DNA from: an uncultured virus (IMG/VR IMGVR_UViG_3300046511_000152)
Lineage: Duplodnaviria; Heunggongvirae; Uroviricota; Caudoviricetes
Direction: 5' to 3' (one strand)
DNA length: 20,000 bases
IMG/VR virus record: IMGVR_UViG_3300046511_000152
Below the pieces are notes generated by a model. The model searched no databases. It was not told the origin of the DNA and saw only the letters and a list, made by a program, of their open reading frames with translations. Position numbers and translations under genes: made by a program. The number at the start of each line of letters is the position of its first letter. The first letter of the stretch is position 1. Of the stretch, positions 7,783 through 16,295 are shown in pieces.

Positions 7783-8756
7783 GCCTTTCCGTACGACGAG
7801 TCCATCACGCCGTCGATTTCCTTCTCTGTCATGGCTTGGTCAGGCCCACAGATGGTGTTCGCGTACGCGACTGCTGCCCTCGCCTGCGCGCGTTCGATCC
7901 CGCACTCCTTGAGCTTGGTGGCTGTGTGCCACGCCGTCTCATGACGGCCCGGAGCCTCGCGGCCCTGTGTCAGGTACTCCTGCGCCTTCCGGGTCAGCTT
8001 ACTGAAGACCTTCTGCCACGGTGTACCGGGTGGCATCTCGCCGGGCTCGGGCTCGGCATACACGCTATCAGGTGTCCCGGTAACCATGACACTCGCGAGC
8101 CCACTGAACATCTCTTGCGAGGGCTCAAGGATGCGAGCCTCGATCCCGGTCTTCATGTTCCGCGTCCCGGGCATCCGCATGACACGTGGGAGGTCCGAGG
8201 TGCACGAGTCGAGGCGGCAGCCGTGCACCGTCCCGATCTTGTCAGCCACACGCTTCAGCCAGTAACCCATAGCCTTGCGTGCCGTCTTCCGATCCATCCC
8301 GGGTACATCCTTGATCAACCCGACATCACTCATTGGAAGGTCTTCAAGCCTGATCCACGCCTGCGCCCCTCGGCCGCTGTGGATGATGAGGGGTCTGCGC
8401 TTGCTGAAGTCCCGGCCGTTCCATTCACCCAGCCACAGGAGAGCTTCCTCCAGTGCCTTGAGTGGCTGACAGTCTTCCTCGATTGGGTCCATGTCGAGCA
8501 GGACGTACGACCAGTGGGTCACGTCAGCAGCAGCGTGGCGGGCTCCCACCGTCGAGGTCGTCGGGTTCGGGGCGACATACACATTCAAGCCCTTGGCCTC
8601 CGCACTTGAAACAAAGCGTTCCATCTCGGCTGGGCTCCTCGCGAAGTCCCCCATCCGCTTGTCCGGACCCCGGGCGAACATCCTCACCACATGGGCTGAA
8701 CTGGGATGGGGAAGTAAGCTCCACAACTCCGACACTTGGGGCCTGATCGACAGCAT
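7779..8756 (-). CDS. RepB'-like (AEP superfamily) DNA primase with C-terminal PriCT-like helical domain
   Basis: NVYVAPNP, LLDMD (DxD), SGRGAQAW, DLPRVMRMPGT.N.K; C-terminal GRHETAWHTATKL...EIDGVMDS. GGAG RBS before ATG 8756. Confidence 0.82.
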   Translation of the reverse strand: MLSIRPQVSELWSLLPHPSSAHVVRMFARGPDKRMGDFARSPAEMERFVSSAEAKGLNVYVAPNPTTSTVGARHAAADVTHWSYVLLDMDPIEEDCQPLKALEEALLWLGEWNGRDFSKRRPLIIHSGRGAQAWIRLEDLPMSDVGLIKDVPGMDRKTARKAMGYWLKRVADKIGTVHGCRLDSCTSDLPRVMRMPGTRNMKTGIEARILEPSQEMFSGLASVMVTGTPDSVYAEPEPGEMPPGTPWQKVFSKLTRKAQEYLTQGREAPGRHETAWHTATKLKECGIERAQARAAVAYANTICGPDQAMTEKEIDGVMDSSYGKA

Positions 8757-8964
8757 CGATTCTCCAGTCATAGATGAGCCCGTTGGCTCGGGTGGTCTTG
8801 TGCATATCGAGGAAGGGGGTGCTCATGGGGTTGGGGATGCCTGCCCAGAACGACTCCCAGAACTGATAGTACCAGAACCGGGTCAACCGCTGGTAGACTG
8901 CGGGCCGTGTGACCCGCAGCCACCAGAGGAAGAGGCGTCTACCGATGGAGCGCAAGAGGCTCAC
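8524..8964 (-). CDS. Hypothetical Trp-rich protein (146 aa) whose 3' half overlaps the primase gene
   Basis: GTG at 8964. It is the only minus-strand ORF covering 8772-8938 and stays open for about 230 nt into the primase; it contains CFKC...CVC. Confidence 0.55.
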   Translation of the reverse strand: MSLLRSIGRRLFLWWLRVTRPAVYQRLTRFWYYQFWESFWAGIPNPMSTPFLDMHKTTRANGLIYDWRIDAVDQAPSVGVVELTSPSQFSPCGEDVRPGSGQADGGLREEPSRDGTLCFKCGGQGLECVCRPEPDDLDGGSPPRCC

Positions 8965-9163
8965 CAGCCGCCTGACGGATGGCCCGCGTGATGGCCTTGC
9001 GTGCAGCGGACCGCGAGCCGAACAGGCGGACCGTGCCTTCGAGATTGCGGAGGTACGCCGAGGAGTACGTGCCGGTCGTGTGAACCTCGACCTCGAACTT
9101 GCCATCATCGAACATCGCGGGGACAACCTTGTAGCTCGTAACGACGGGGGTGGTGGTGTTCAT
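8939..9163 (-). CDS. Hypothetical protein (74 aa)
   Basis: ATGA-coupled to the nuclease gene; GGGAG RBS; GC3-rich. Confidence 0.78.
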   Translation of the reverse strand: MNTTTPVVTSYKVVPAMFDDGKFEVEVHTTGTYSSAYLRNLEGTVRLFGSRSAARKAITRAIRQAAGEPLALHR

Positions 9164-10098
9164 TCTTCGCTCCCTTCAGGAGTCTCGTACGTGTCTTCCC
9201 GCTGCTTGAAGTAGCGGTCATCTCCCAGTTCGTACTCACCCGTGAGGACACGGAAGTACTCGTCTGGACTGTTACCGAACATCCCACCGTTCATGTTCTC
9301 GTTGGGGGCGGGGATGAAGCCTCCAGCGCACAGCTTGCGGCACGCCCGCATCTCTTGAGCGTGCTGTCGGATCGAGTCCATGACATGCTGGTGCAGCGGA
9401 CCGTCGAGGTCGATGGACAGCGGAATCTGCTGGAACATCTCCTCGTACCGCTTGCACTCACCAAGGGGATTGGCCTTGGTGATCTTGGTCCGGTACTTCA
9501 GCTTCCGGATCAGGTCGAACTGCGTGCCACCGTAGCCCCTCACCATAGTACGGTACTTCCTGAAGAGGGCTTCGGCGTAGAGGTGCTCGTGGTAACTGCG
9601 CTTGGCGAGGTCGGTGAAGACCGCGAAGTGCGTGCCCGCCGCCAGTGCCTTGTGCTGAACATGCCATAGAAGCCCGTCACGTACAGCCACACGGTCAGGG
9701 CGACCGCGCCCAACGATACCGTCTCCCAACTCCACCTCAAAGGGAACCTCCGCTTCGAGGCACGGGTTGTCGAATGTGTAGATGTCCTGCCACTGGACCA
9801 GTGCCTCCGTCAGGTCATCCAACTGCTTCAGCACCTTCGTACCCACAGCGACATCCACCTCGTCGGTGGACGTTGCCATCATACCCAGCCAGTGACCACG
9901 GTGGAGTGTGATGCACTCCGATATCTTGTACTCACCACTGTGGTACGTCTCGAAGATTCGATGGATCAGCTTGCCGAAGCCCAGCGGCTGGGCCTCATGC
10001 TTGGGTACGTAGTTCATCACCCACTTGGCCCACCAGCGGAAGCGACACTTCGTGAAGTCCTGCATCTCACTGACGTTGAAGACGAACGGCTCAGGCAC
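9160..10098 (-). CDS. PD-(D/E)xK superfamily (RecB/Cas4-like) exonuclease
   Basis: SEMQDFTKCRFRWW, FGKLIHRIFE, EAEVPF...GRPDRV...VQHK. Start placed at GTG 10098, overlapping the ligase stop. Confidence 0.85.
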   Translation of the reverse strand: MPEPFVFNVSEMQDFTKCRFRWWAKWVMNYVPKHEAQPLGFGKLIHRIFETYHSGEYKISECITLHRGHWLGMMATSTDEVDVAVGTKVLKQLDDLTEALVQWQDIYTFDNPCLEAEVPFEVELGDGIVGRGRPDRVAVRDGLLWHVQHKALAAGTHFAVFTDLAKRSYHEHLYAEALFRKYRTMVRGYGGTQFDLIRKLKYRTKITKANPLGECKRYEEMFQQIPLSIDLDGPLHQHVMDSIRQHAQEMRACRKLCAGGFIPAPNENMNGGMFGNSPDEYFRVLTGEYELGDDRYFKQREDTYETPEGSEE

Positions 10099-10807
10099 TC
10101 GGCACCTCGAACTTGTGCATCGCGTCGTTGTCCACGGTGGCCTTGAACATGGTGCCCGTGGCGTAGTGGAACACGACGATGCCCTCGGCGGGCTGGTCCG
10201 GGGCGGCGACTGAGCCATCCTTGTGTAGCCAGTCGATGAAGAAGTCCGGAGCGAACCACCGCCTGAAGGAGTTCGCCACGTCAACGTACCCGAGGTTGTT
10301 CACCCACGGCCCCTCGTACAGGACGGGGACGACGGAGATAGCGACACCGTTCTTCCGGATGTCTTCCAGTTCCGGGGTCAACCGCCACGGGTGCCCAGCC
10401 TCCTTGACGAACCACTTGTCGGTGTTGAAGAGCGAGAACGTCTTGCCCGACTGACCGTACCCGCGCTGGATGCCCTTACCCCACCACTCACCGAAGTGAG
10501 TGCCGATGCCGAGGGCGTAGCGCAGGGCCTCCGCGTTCGCGTCAACCCACGCGCGGAAGCCGAAGTTGTCCTTCTGGGGCGTGAGCACCCGGGTGCGCGA
10601 CTGTGCGTACACCTGAGTCTCGGTGATGACGACGGCCGCGTTGGTGCCATCGATCTTCTCGGTGATGACGATGTCCCGGTTCAGGCGGCCGATCTTCGGC
10701 CATGGCTTGAACTCCGGAGCAGCCGCGAGGAACCGCTCCTCGGCCTCAGCCGCGAGCCTCCGCGTCTCGGCACGCACTGCCAGTTCTTCAGGCGTCAGCT
10801 TGGACAT
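10091..10807 (-). CDS. RNA-ligase-family nucleotidyltransferase (adenylation domain only)
   Basis: Motif I TEKIDGTN, QSR, GEWWG.GIQ, FSLFN, VVPVLYEG, EGIVV, FK. GGAGG RBS before ATG 10807. Confidence 0.88.
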   Translation of the reverse strand: MSKLTPEELAVRAETRRLAAEAEERFLAAAPEFKPWPKIGRLNRDIVITEKIDGTNAAVVITETQVYAQSRTRVLTPQKDNFGFRAWVDANAEALRYALGIGTHFGEWWGKGIQRGYGQSGKTFSLFNTDKWFVKEAGHPWRLTPELEDIRKNGVAISVVPVLYEGPWVNNLGYVDVANSFRRWFAPDFFIDWLHKDGSVAAPDQPAEGIVVFHYATGTMFKATVDNDAMHKFEVPSA

Positions 10808-11489
10808 CTGCACCCTCCACGCTTCCGAAGTCCTCACGACCCGCCGCCTGCAACTCAGCCTCGGCCGCGATCTTGTCGAGCACCGCCTGCTTCTCGGGCG
10901 ACACCGCACCAGCCCACGCGAGGGCATCACCTTCGACCTGATTCAACTCCTCGTCCACCGGAGCATCGACCTTCGTCTCGGTCTCCAACAGGATCGGCTG
11001 GGGCAGCTTCACGCGAACCTGCCGCATGAGCACCACGACCATCAGGCCACTGCCGTTGGGCAGGAGCGCCGACAACTGCCACTGCTCCGGACCGTTCACC
11101 TTCTGCGTGATGTAGCCACCCGCAGCCTTGGTGCTGAGGGACTCAGTGTGGAAGATCACCTGCGGGGCGACGAGCACCATGCCCTCGCCGGTCTCGACCA
11201 ACTGGGACTTCGGGTAGTAGTGCGCGATGTTCGGGTCGAGGTCGTACTTGGTCCAGTCTTCCTTCGCCGGGTCGAACGCCTCCTCGGCCGCCGCTGCCCC
11301 TGCCGCATCCTGCGCGGCCGTCTCGGCCGTGCCATCCGACGGGGTGCCACTCTCGACAGCCTCCTCGGTGGTGGGCTTGTTCAGGCCCAGCCGCTCCATC
11401 AGGGCCTCGACGCTGGTCTTCAGCGGACCGGCTTCGAGATTGTACTCGGACTCTGCGGGGGTCTCGGGGGTGTTCTGCTCGTCACTCAT
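10788..11489 (-). CDS. Acidic hypothetical protein (233 aa)
   Basis: AAAGGAG RBS before ATG 11489; Glu/Ala-rich; strong GC3 bias. Confidence 0.85.
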   Translation of the reverse strand: MSDEQNTPETPAESEYNLEAGPLKTSVEALMERLGLNKPTTEEAVESGTPSDGTAETAAQDAAGAAAAEEAFDPAKEDWTKYDLDPNIAHYYPKSQLVETGEGMVLVAPQVIFHTESLSTKAAGGYITQKVNGPEQWQLSALLPNGSGLMVVVLMRQVRVKLPQPILLETETKVDAPVDEELNQVEGDALAWAGAVSPEKQAVLDKIAAEAELQAAGREDFGSVEGADVQADA

Positions 11490-11500
11490 GGTGACTCCTT

Positions 11501-11794
11501 TCAAACTTCGATGATGGTTACAGACAGGTACTTCGATGGGTGGTGTGTCTCGGTGTCGTCGGTCTCTTCAGCCGGGAGCCCATACCCGAGGACGGTGCGG
11601 AGGGCGACGCGCCCTGCCTCGCCTTCCACGTAGATGCGGAAGTCGGCCGGGACAACGGCGCTGGTGTCATCGGTGAGTTCGACGCTCCACTGTAGCTCGG
11701 GTGGCATCCCCTCGATCAGCGTGTGGAGGATGGGGAGGATACCCGGGAAGAACTGGTGCTTGAAGCGGGCGAGTTGTCCCTTCTTGGATTTCAT
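11501..11794 (-). CDS. Hypothetical protein (97 aa, MKSKKGQL...)
   Basis: TGATG-coupled to the upstream GT2 gene. Confidence 0.78.
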   Translation of the reverse strand: MKSKKGQLARFKHQFFPGILPILHTLIEGMPPELQWSVELTDDTSAVVPADFRIYVEGEAGRVALRTVLGYGLPAEETDDTETHHPSKYLSVTIIEV

Positions 11795-12417
11795 CAGCAC
11801 CCCTTCGGCAACTGATCCGTCCGGGGGCGGATGATGGACAACACCTTGCGGACGAAGATCGGCTCGGGGAGCATCCGCATCACCGCGCGTGCCCACAGGA
11901 AGTCGTGGATGTTCTTGTCCTTGTCGAACTGCTCCCACGTCGGAAGCCCCTCGATGTTGGGCATGACGAGCATCGGGGTCCCAGTGTTGCAGAGCCTGAT
12001 CTCAGGGTCAGCCCACAGCAAGCGGCCATCACCGTACTCCATCTGGAAGACGAGGAGTTTGTCCGGGTAGCGAACGATTCGATCCCTCGCTGCGGCGAGT
12101 GCGTCGGCAACGAAGATGTCATCGTCGTCACAGAACATCAGGTGTGTCCCCTTCGAGATGGCGATACCGTGGTCTCGCTGTGAGGCCCCGCTGTTGCGCG
12201 TGCGCTCCTCAGTGCGTGAGAAGATCAGGTTCGCTCCGGTGGGGATGCCATCGAGTGGGATGGCAGGCCAGTAGTCACCCAGCCCATCATGCACCACGAT
12301 CAGTTCGTCCCCGGCCCGAAGCTGGCCGAGGATGCTCATGACGGTGGCCTTCAGGCTCAGGCGTCCCTTCGTCGGGACGATGACACTAATGCGGATGTCC
12401 TTGTCATCGAAGTCCAT
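11794..12417 (-). CDS. Glycosyltransferase family 2 (GT-A fold) #3
   Basis: ISVIVPTKGR, ELIVVHDG, GASQRDHGIAISKGTHLMFCDDDD. Confidence 0.92.
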   Translation of the reverse strand: MDFDDKDIRISVIVPTKGRLSLKATVMSILGQLRAGDELIVVHDGLGDYWPAIPLDGIPTGANLIFSRTEERTRNSGASQRDHGIAISKGTHLMFCDDDDIFVADALAAARDRIVRYPDKLLVFQMEYGDGRLLWADPEIRLCNTGTPMLVMPNIEGLPTWEQFDKDKNIHDFLWARAVMRMLPEPIFVRKVLSIIRPRTDQLPKGC

Positions 12418-12634
12418 TCTTGTCCTCCCTGCTCTGTGCCTCCATCATGATCTCGTGGAACATCCGGCTGATGGCCTGCATGTACATGCTGGTGGTTGCC
12501 GGTTCCTCCTCGTGATCGGTGACGATGGCTTGTCGGTAGAACGTCATGCCCTGAACCTCGGCCCGGACCTCGACGCGGCGGGTGTCACCAGTGTACCGGG
12601 TGATGCGCTCGACTGCAACGAAGAAGCGGCTCAT
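12404..12634 (-). CDS. Hypothetical protein (76 aa) between two glycosyltransferases
   Basis: ATGA-coupled to GT2 #2; GC3-rich. Confidence 0.75.
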   Translation of the reverse strand: MSRFFVAVERITRYTGDTRRVEVRAEVQGMTFYRQAIVTDHEEEPATTSMYMQAISRMFHEIMMEAQSREDKNGLR

Positions 12635-13359
12635 TGAGGCACCCCGTCCCACAGTTGGAACTGGCGAGCATACCGCAACTCGGGTACGTCAACCCCGATG
12701 ATGTTCATGATCTGCTCCCGTGTGGGCTTGATGATCGAGATGATCTCGGGGTGCCAGACGACCGGACAACCTGTCGCTTGATGGTAGTTGTGCATCACCC
12801 AGAAGTCCTCACTGATGTTCGCTACCCCGTTCGAGGCAGAGCGGTCCCACTTCAGGAGGGGGCTATTCGGCATGACGTACATCGAGCCACCGATGTTGCC
12901 CAACCGGATCAGGCCCTCATGGCCCCACATGACGCGCTCGTTGTTGACCACGACTGAGTCGGGGCTGGTCCACTGGCCCTTCACACCGTACTGCATCCGG
13001 AAGATGTGCCATGCGGTGGGGTTCTCAGCCGCTGCCAGTCTCCCTCGCGAGAGTGCGTCAGGAAGGAACAGGTCGTCGTCATCGATGCACATGAGATGCG
13101 TGCCCTTCGCCACGGCCCGGCCTGCATCACGCTCGGGTCCACCGCTCGGGTAGCCGGGCTGGGTGCTCAGGGTCGCACCTGTCGTTGGGTCACACCCACC
13201 GTTGTCGAACGGCACCCACACGAACTCCCGGTCGGCCTCGGGTTTCCGGGGACTCACCACGATCAGTTCGTCTTCGGGTGATAGCTGCGAGAGGATACCC
13301 TTCACCACACGCTCTAGCGACGGCCGCCCACACGAGGGCACGATCACACTGAGACTCAT
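12631..13359 (-). CDS. Glycosyltransferase family 2 #2
   Basis: LSVIVPSCGR, ELIVVS, RDAGRAVAKGTHLMCIDDDD, SEDFW. Confidence 0.92.
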   Translation of the reverse strand: MSLSVIVPSCGRPSLERVVKGILSQLSPEDELIVVSPRKPEADREFVWVPFDNGGCDPTTGATLSTQPGYPSGGPERDAGRAVAKGTHLMCIDDDDLFLPDALSRGRLAAAENPTAWHIFRMQYGVKGQWTSPDSVVVNNERVMWGHEGLIRLGNIGGSMYVMPNSPLLKWDRSASNGVANISEDFWVMHNYHQATGCPVVWHPEIISIIKPTREQIMNIIGVDVPELRYARQFQLWDGVPQ

Positions 13360-14066
13360 AGTTCCCCCCAGAGGCGGTCGAGGTTTCGGACCACGCCGAT
13401 CTCGCCCGTGCTCATCTGTGCCATCTTCATGTAGTGAATCTGTCTCATCCGCTCCATCTCAGCCCCGAGGTTGTGGCGCTCGTGAGGCATGTGGACAGCG
13501 GTGATATCCGGGTGGTGGAAGAACTTGACGCCCATCATGTTCAGGCGGAAGGCAAGGTCATCATCCTCGTAACCGTACTCGGTGAAGTCCTCGTCGTACC
13601 CTCGGAGGAAGCGGAGGGCCTTGGTGTCCATGCCACCGAAGAGGAAGTAGGGGCGCTGGCTGCCGGGAACCTCGACACCGTTCTCGGTGATGCGGGCGAG
13701 GTGTGCGTGGTTGTCCTGAGCGACCATGTGGTCGTACAGCTTAGACAGCGCGTCGTGCGAGGGCACGATCCCAGTGTGACACATCACGGTGAACCGCCCC
13801 TTGGAGCGGAGGATACCGGCGTTGAGGGGCCGCGCCGGGTTGAGCCACCGCGTACCACCGCGCTCGATCCGGAAGTACTCCACGTCGTACGGAAGTTCCT
13901 CCAGCACGGCGGGCACGTTCTCGATGCTGGAGTCATCCACCACGATGAACTGGTGGCTCACATCGATGCGCGGTCCGTACATGAACGCCGCCATCGTCTG
14001 GCGGAAGTGCTCGACCCGGTTGTGCACCGGGACGACCACGGTCAGGTCATAGGTTGCTGCTGACAT
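13356..14066 (-). CDS. Glycosyltransferase family 2 #1 with galactosyltransferase-7C-like C-terminal motif
   Basis: LTVVVPVHNR, FIVVDDSS, NAGILRSKG, GYDEDFTEYGYEDDDLAFRL, AVHMPH. AAGGAG RBS before ATG 14066. Confidence 0.92.
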   Translation of the reverse strand: MSAATYDLTVVVPVHNRVEHFRQTMAAFMYGPRIDVSHQFIVVDDSSIENVPAVLEELPYDVEYFRIERGGTRWLNPARPLNAGILRSKGRFTVMCHTGIVPSHDALSKLYDHMVAQDNHAHLARITENGVEVPGSQRPYFLFGGMDTKALRFLRGYDEDFTEYGYEDDDLAFRLNMMGVKFFHHPDITAVHMPHERHNLGAEMERMRQIHYMKMAQMSTGEIGVVRNLDRLWGEL

Positions 14067-15844
14067 ATGAACTCCTTGATGGCCGTGAGGACCTCGTCCT
14101 TGGTCATGACGTAGCCCGTGGGGTCGTAGACATCGTAGTTGTGCCACATGCGGTACGTGCTGCGCCAGTCAGGGATGTGGAACAGGTCCACAAGTTCCCG
14201 CACCGTCACTGCCTCGGTCACGATGTTGCGCTCCATGATGTCCTGATCCCGGGTCCACTGGATGTCGGACCACAGCCGGGTCAGCGGATACCACTGGAAC
14301 TTGGAGTTGATCGACTCCTCGTGAATCTTCGTCGGGTAGTGCAGGAGATCGTAGATCAGGTTCTTCTTCAGGCCGGGGCCGAACAGGCCGGGCAGGCGGA
14401 TGACGCGGCACTTCGGGAAGTGGTCCTTGGCCCACCGCTCCAAGTCCTTCCGGTGCCGACCGTAGTCGGTGGACGGGAGGTTGTAGTACGGATGATCGAG
14501 GGCATCGATGGTGCTGAGGAGGATGAACTCATCAGCCGTCGTCTTGCCCAGCATCTCCTTCAGCCGTTCGACTGCCTTCCAGTCTTCGTTCGGATGCAGG
14601 TTCGCCTCCCACTTCGTTCCACTGGGGGCAGCACACACGATCTGATCGTAGTGGCCGGGAGCCAGAGGGCGGGTGGAGTTAGACAAGTCTGTCCAGCGCC
14701 CTTCCGCCATGAGCGAGTTACCGACAAGCCCAGTGAACCCCACCAAGGCTCTCCGTCCACGCCGGAGTACGCCAGTCTTGCCCTCCTGCATCCACTCCCC
14801 TCGCTCGATCTCATCGACGGCATCGTAGAACGAGTTGAACTTGGAACCCAGTATTGAAATGACCCGAGGAGACTCGTTCGCATACTCCCACAAGATCGGT
14901 CGTCCATCGTTCTCCTCGTTCTGCGCCAGTACGACGCGGGTGGTCCACAGCGAGCGGAGGTACTTGGCCTCGGCCATGATGGGGACGAAGCGGGCAGCGT
15001 CGGTCTGCATCTCTGCCCACTTGGTGAGCTTGTCCAATGGAGGGTGAGCCTCGTCGTTGAACCACTCGAAGTGCGGGGTGTGCGTGACATGCGTGAGTGC
15101 GTGCAGTCCGTTGGGCGGGTACTTCATGACCGACCAGTACGGCCCGTCCATCACGGTGATGTCCGTATCCTGAAGCTCGCGAGGGATCGAGCACAGCGCG
15201 ACCTCGACCCACTCCTTCTTCAGCTTGGTCTTGAGGTCCACGGTCTTGTCGAGGTTGGCGTACGTGCAGTTGAAGACGTAGCGCCCGTGCATCAGATACC
15301 AGTACTTGTCCATCGTGACCTGAACCTCGACGTACTTGCCGGTGTCCACGAGCGGGAGGCCCGTCCCCTTGATGACAGGGATGCGAGCGATGTGAATCTG
15401 CTCACGGATCATCTCACGGAGGATGTTCACGTTGAAGCTGATCTCCTCGACCTGATACACAGCCTCGATCAGCTTGGGATCGAACAGGCTCGGGACAGTG
15501 GGCACGCGGTCCACCGGGGCACCGATCTCCCTCGCGACGCGCTCGAACTCGTCCGGGCTCGTCTTGCTGTCCTTCGCGATGGCGTACAGGTGCTCGACGT
15601 TGGGCACCATGGCCGCAGCGTGGTCCACGAGGAAGCGACGGTAGTGCTTGGCCGCTGACAGGGCGGTGGCTGCGAAGCGGGGGTAGTGCATCCCGCTGTG
15701 CACCCGGGCCTGATTCACCTCGGTTGCACCGTGCATGAGACTGTCGGGCTCGATGATGCAGACCTTGAGGCCCACGTTGTGGAGGGCCAGAGCGACCTTG
15801 CATCCGTAGAATCCCCCTCCCAACACAATCGCGTCGTAGTTCAC
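14042..15844 (-). CDS. FAD-dependent oxidoreductase (DAO-like) fused to an NAD(P)-dependent epimerase/reductase (extended SDR-like) domain
   Basis: N-terminal AIVLGGGFYG, ATEVNQARVHSGMHYPR, VFNCTY, TVMDGP. C-terminal ALVGFTGLVGNSL, LLSTID, YGRHR, RLPGLFGPGLKKN. Confidence 0.88.
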   Translation of the reverse strand: MNYDAIVLGGGFYGCKVALALHNVGLKVCIIEPDSLMHGATEVNQARVHSGMHYPRFAATALSAAKHYRRFLVDHAAAMVPNVEHLYAIAKDSKTSPDEFERVAREIGAPVDRVPTVPSLFDPKLIEAVYQVEEISFNVNILREMIREQIHIARIPVIKGTGLPLVDTGKYVEVQVTMDKYWYLMHGRYVFNCTYANLDKTVDLKTKLKKEWVEVALCSIPRELQDTDITVMDGPYWSVMKYPPNGLHALTHVTHTPHFEWFNDEAHPPLDKLTKWAEMQTDAARFVPIMAEAKYLRSLWTTRVVLAQNEENDGRPILWEYANESPRVISILGSKFNSFYDAVDEIERGEWMQEGKTGVLRRGRRALVGFTGLVGNSLMAEGRWTDLSNSTRPLAPGHYDQIVCAAPSGTKWEANLHPNEDWKAVERLKEMLGKTTADEFILLSTIDALDHPYYNLPSTDYGRHRKDLERWAKDHFPKCRVIRLPGLFGPGLKKNLIYDLLHYPTKIHEESINSKFQWYPLTRLWSDIQWTRDQDIMERNIVTEAVTVRELVDLFHIPDWRSTYRMWHNYDVYDPTGYVMTKDEVLTAIKEFICQQQPMT

Positions 15845-16125
15845 TTGTTCAACTCCTTGATCTTGTTCCAGATGTCAGTGAGCATCATGATCCGTTCCTC
15901 GGTCATCTCAGGAACGATCTCATCAACATCAGACGGGGTGATCATGATGTCCACCCCGTTCGTCGGACCGTACACCGACCACACACCAGCGCGACGCTCG
16001 ATGCGGAGGGTGCCGAAGACCCGGGACGTGGCTTCCTCGTTGGTGTTGAGCATGGCGGTGAGGAAGTACGCGAGCAACTGAAGCTGCGGGTTGCCAGCGT
16101 TGACGAAGACGGGGCGGTAGGTCAC
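15841..16125 (-). CDS. Hypothetical protein (94 aa, MTYRPVFV...)
   Basis: GTGA-coupled on both sides. Confidence 0.75.
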   Translation of the reverse strand: MTYRPVFVNAGNPQLQLLAYFLTAMLNTNEEATSRVFGTLRIERRAGVWSVYGPTNGVDIMITPSDVDEIVPEMTEERIMMLTDIWNKIKELNK

Positions 16126-16295
16126 TTGTCGTTCCAGTGGATCATCAGCCAACCGAGGCCGATGAGCAGGAGACTGCCGAGGAAGACGACGCCGGGAATC
16201 CAGAGGGGGGCGGTGACGATCCACCACGACCAGCCGATGACGTGCGTGAGCTTGAGGACGAGGAACACGAGGAACAGCGCGACAGGTAGGCTCAT
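16122..16295 (-). CDS. Small two-helix membrane protein (57 aa) of the phage LKLxxxIxWSWWxVxAPLW type
   Basis: Not in the ORF track. MSLPVALFLVFLVLKLTHVIGWSWWIVTAPLWIPGVVFLGSLLLIGLGWLMIHWNDK; ATGA-coupled to the GroES-like gene. Confidence 0.85.
   Translation of the reverse strand: MSLPVALFLVFLVLKLTHVIGWSWWIVTAPLWIPGVVFLGSLLLIGLGWLMIHWNDK

Noticed and set aside
9160..10098. Cas4-like gene as evidence of a CRISPR system
   Set aside because: No repeat-spacer array or other cas genes; stand-alone PD-(D/E)xK nucleases beside AAA_24/SSB genes are ordinary phage recombination genes.
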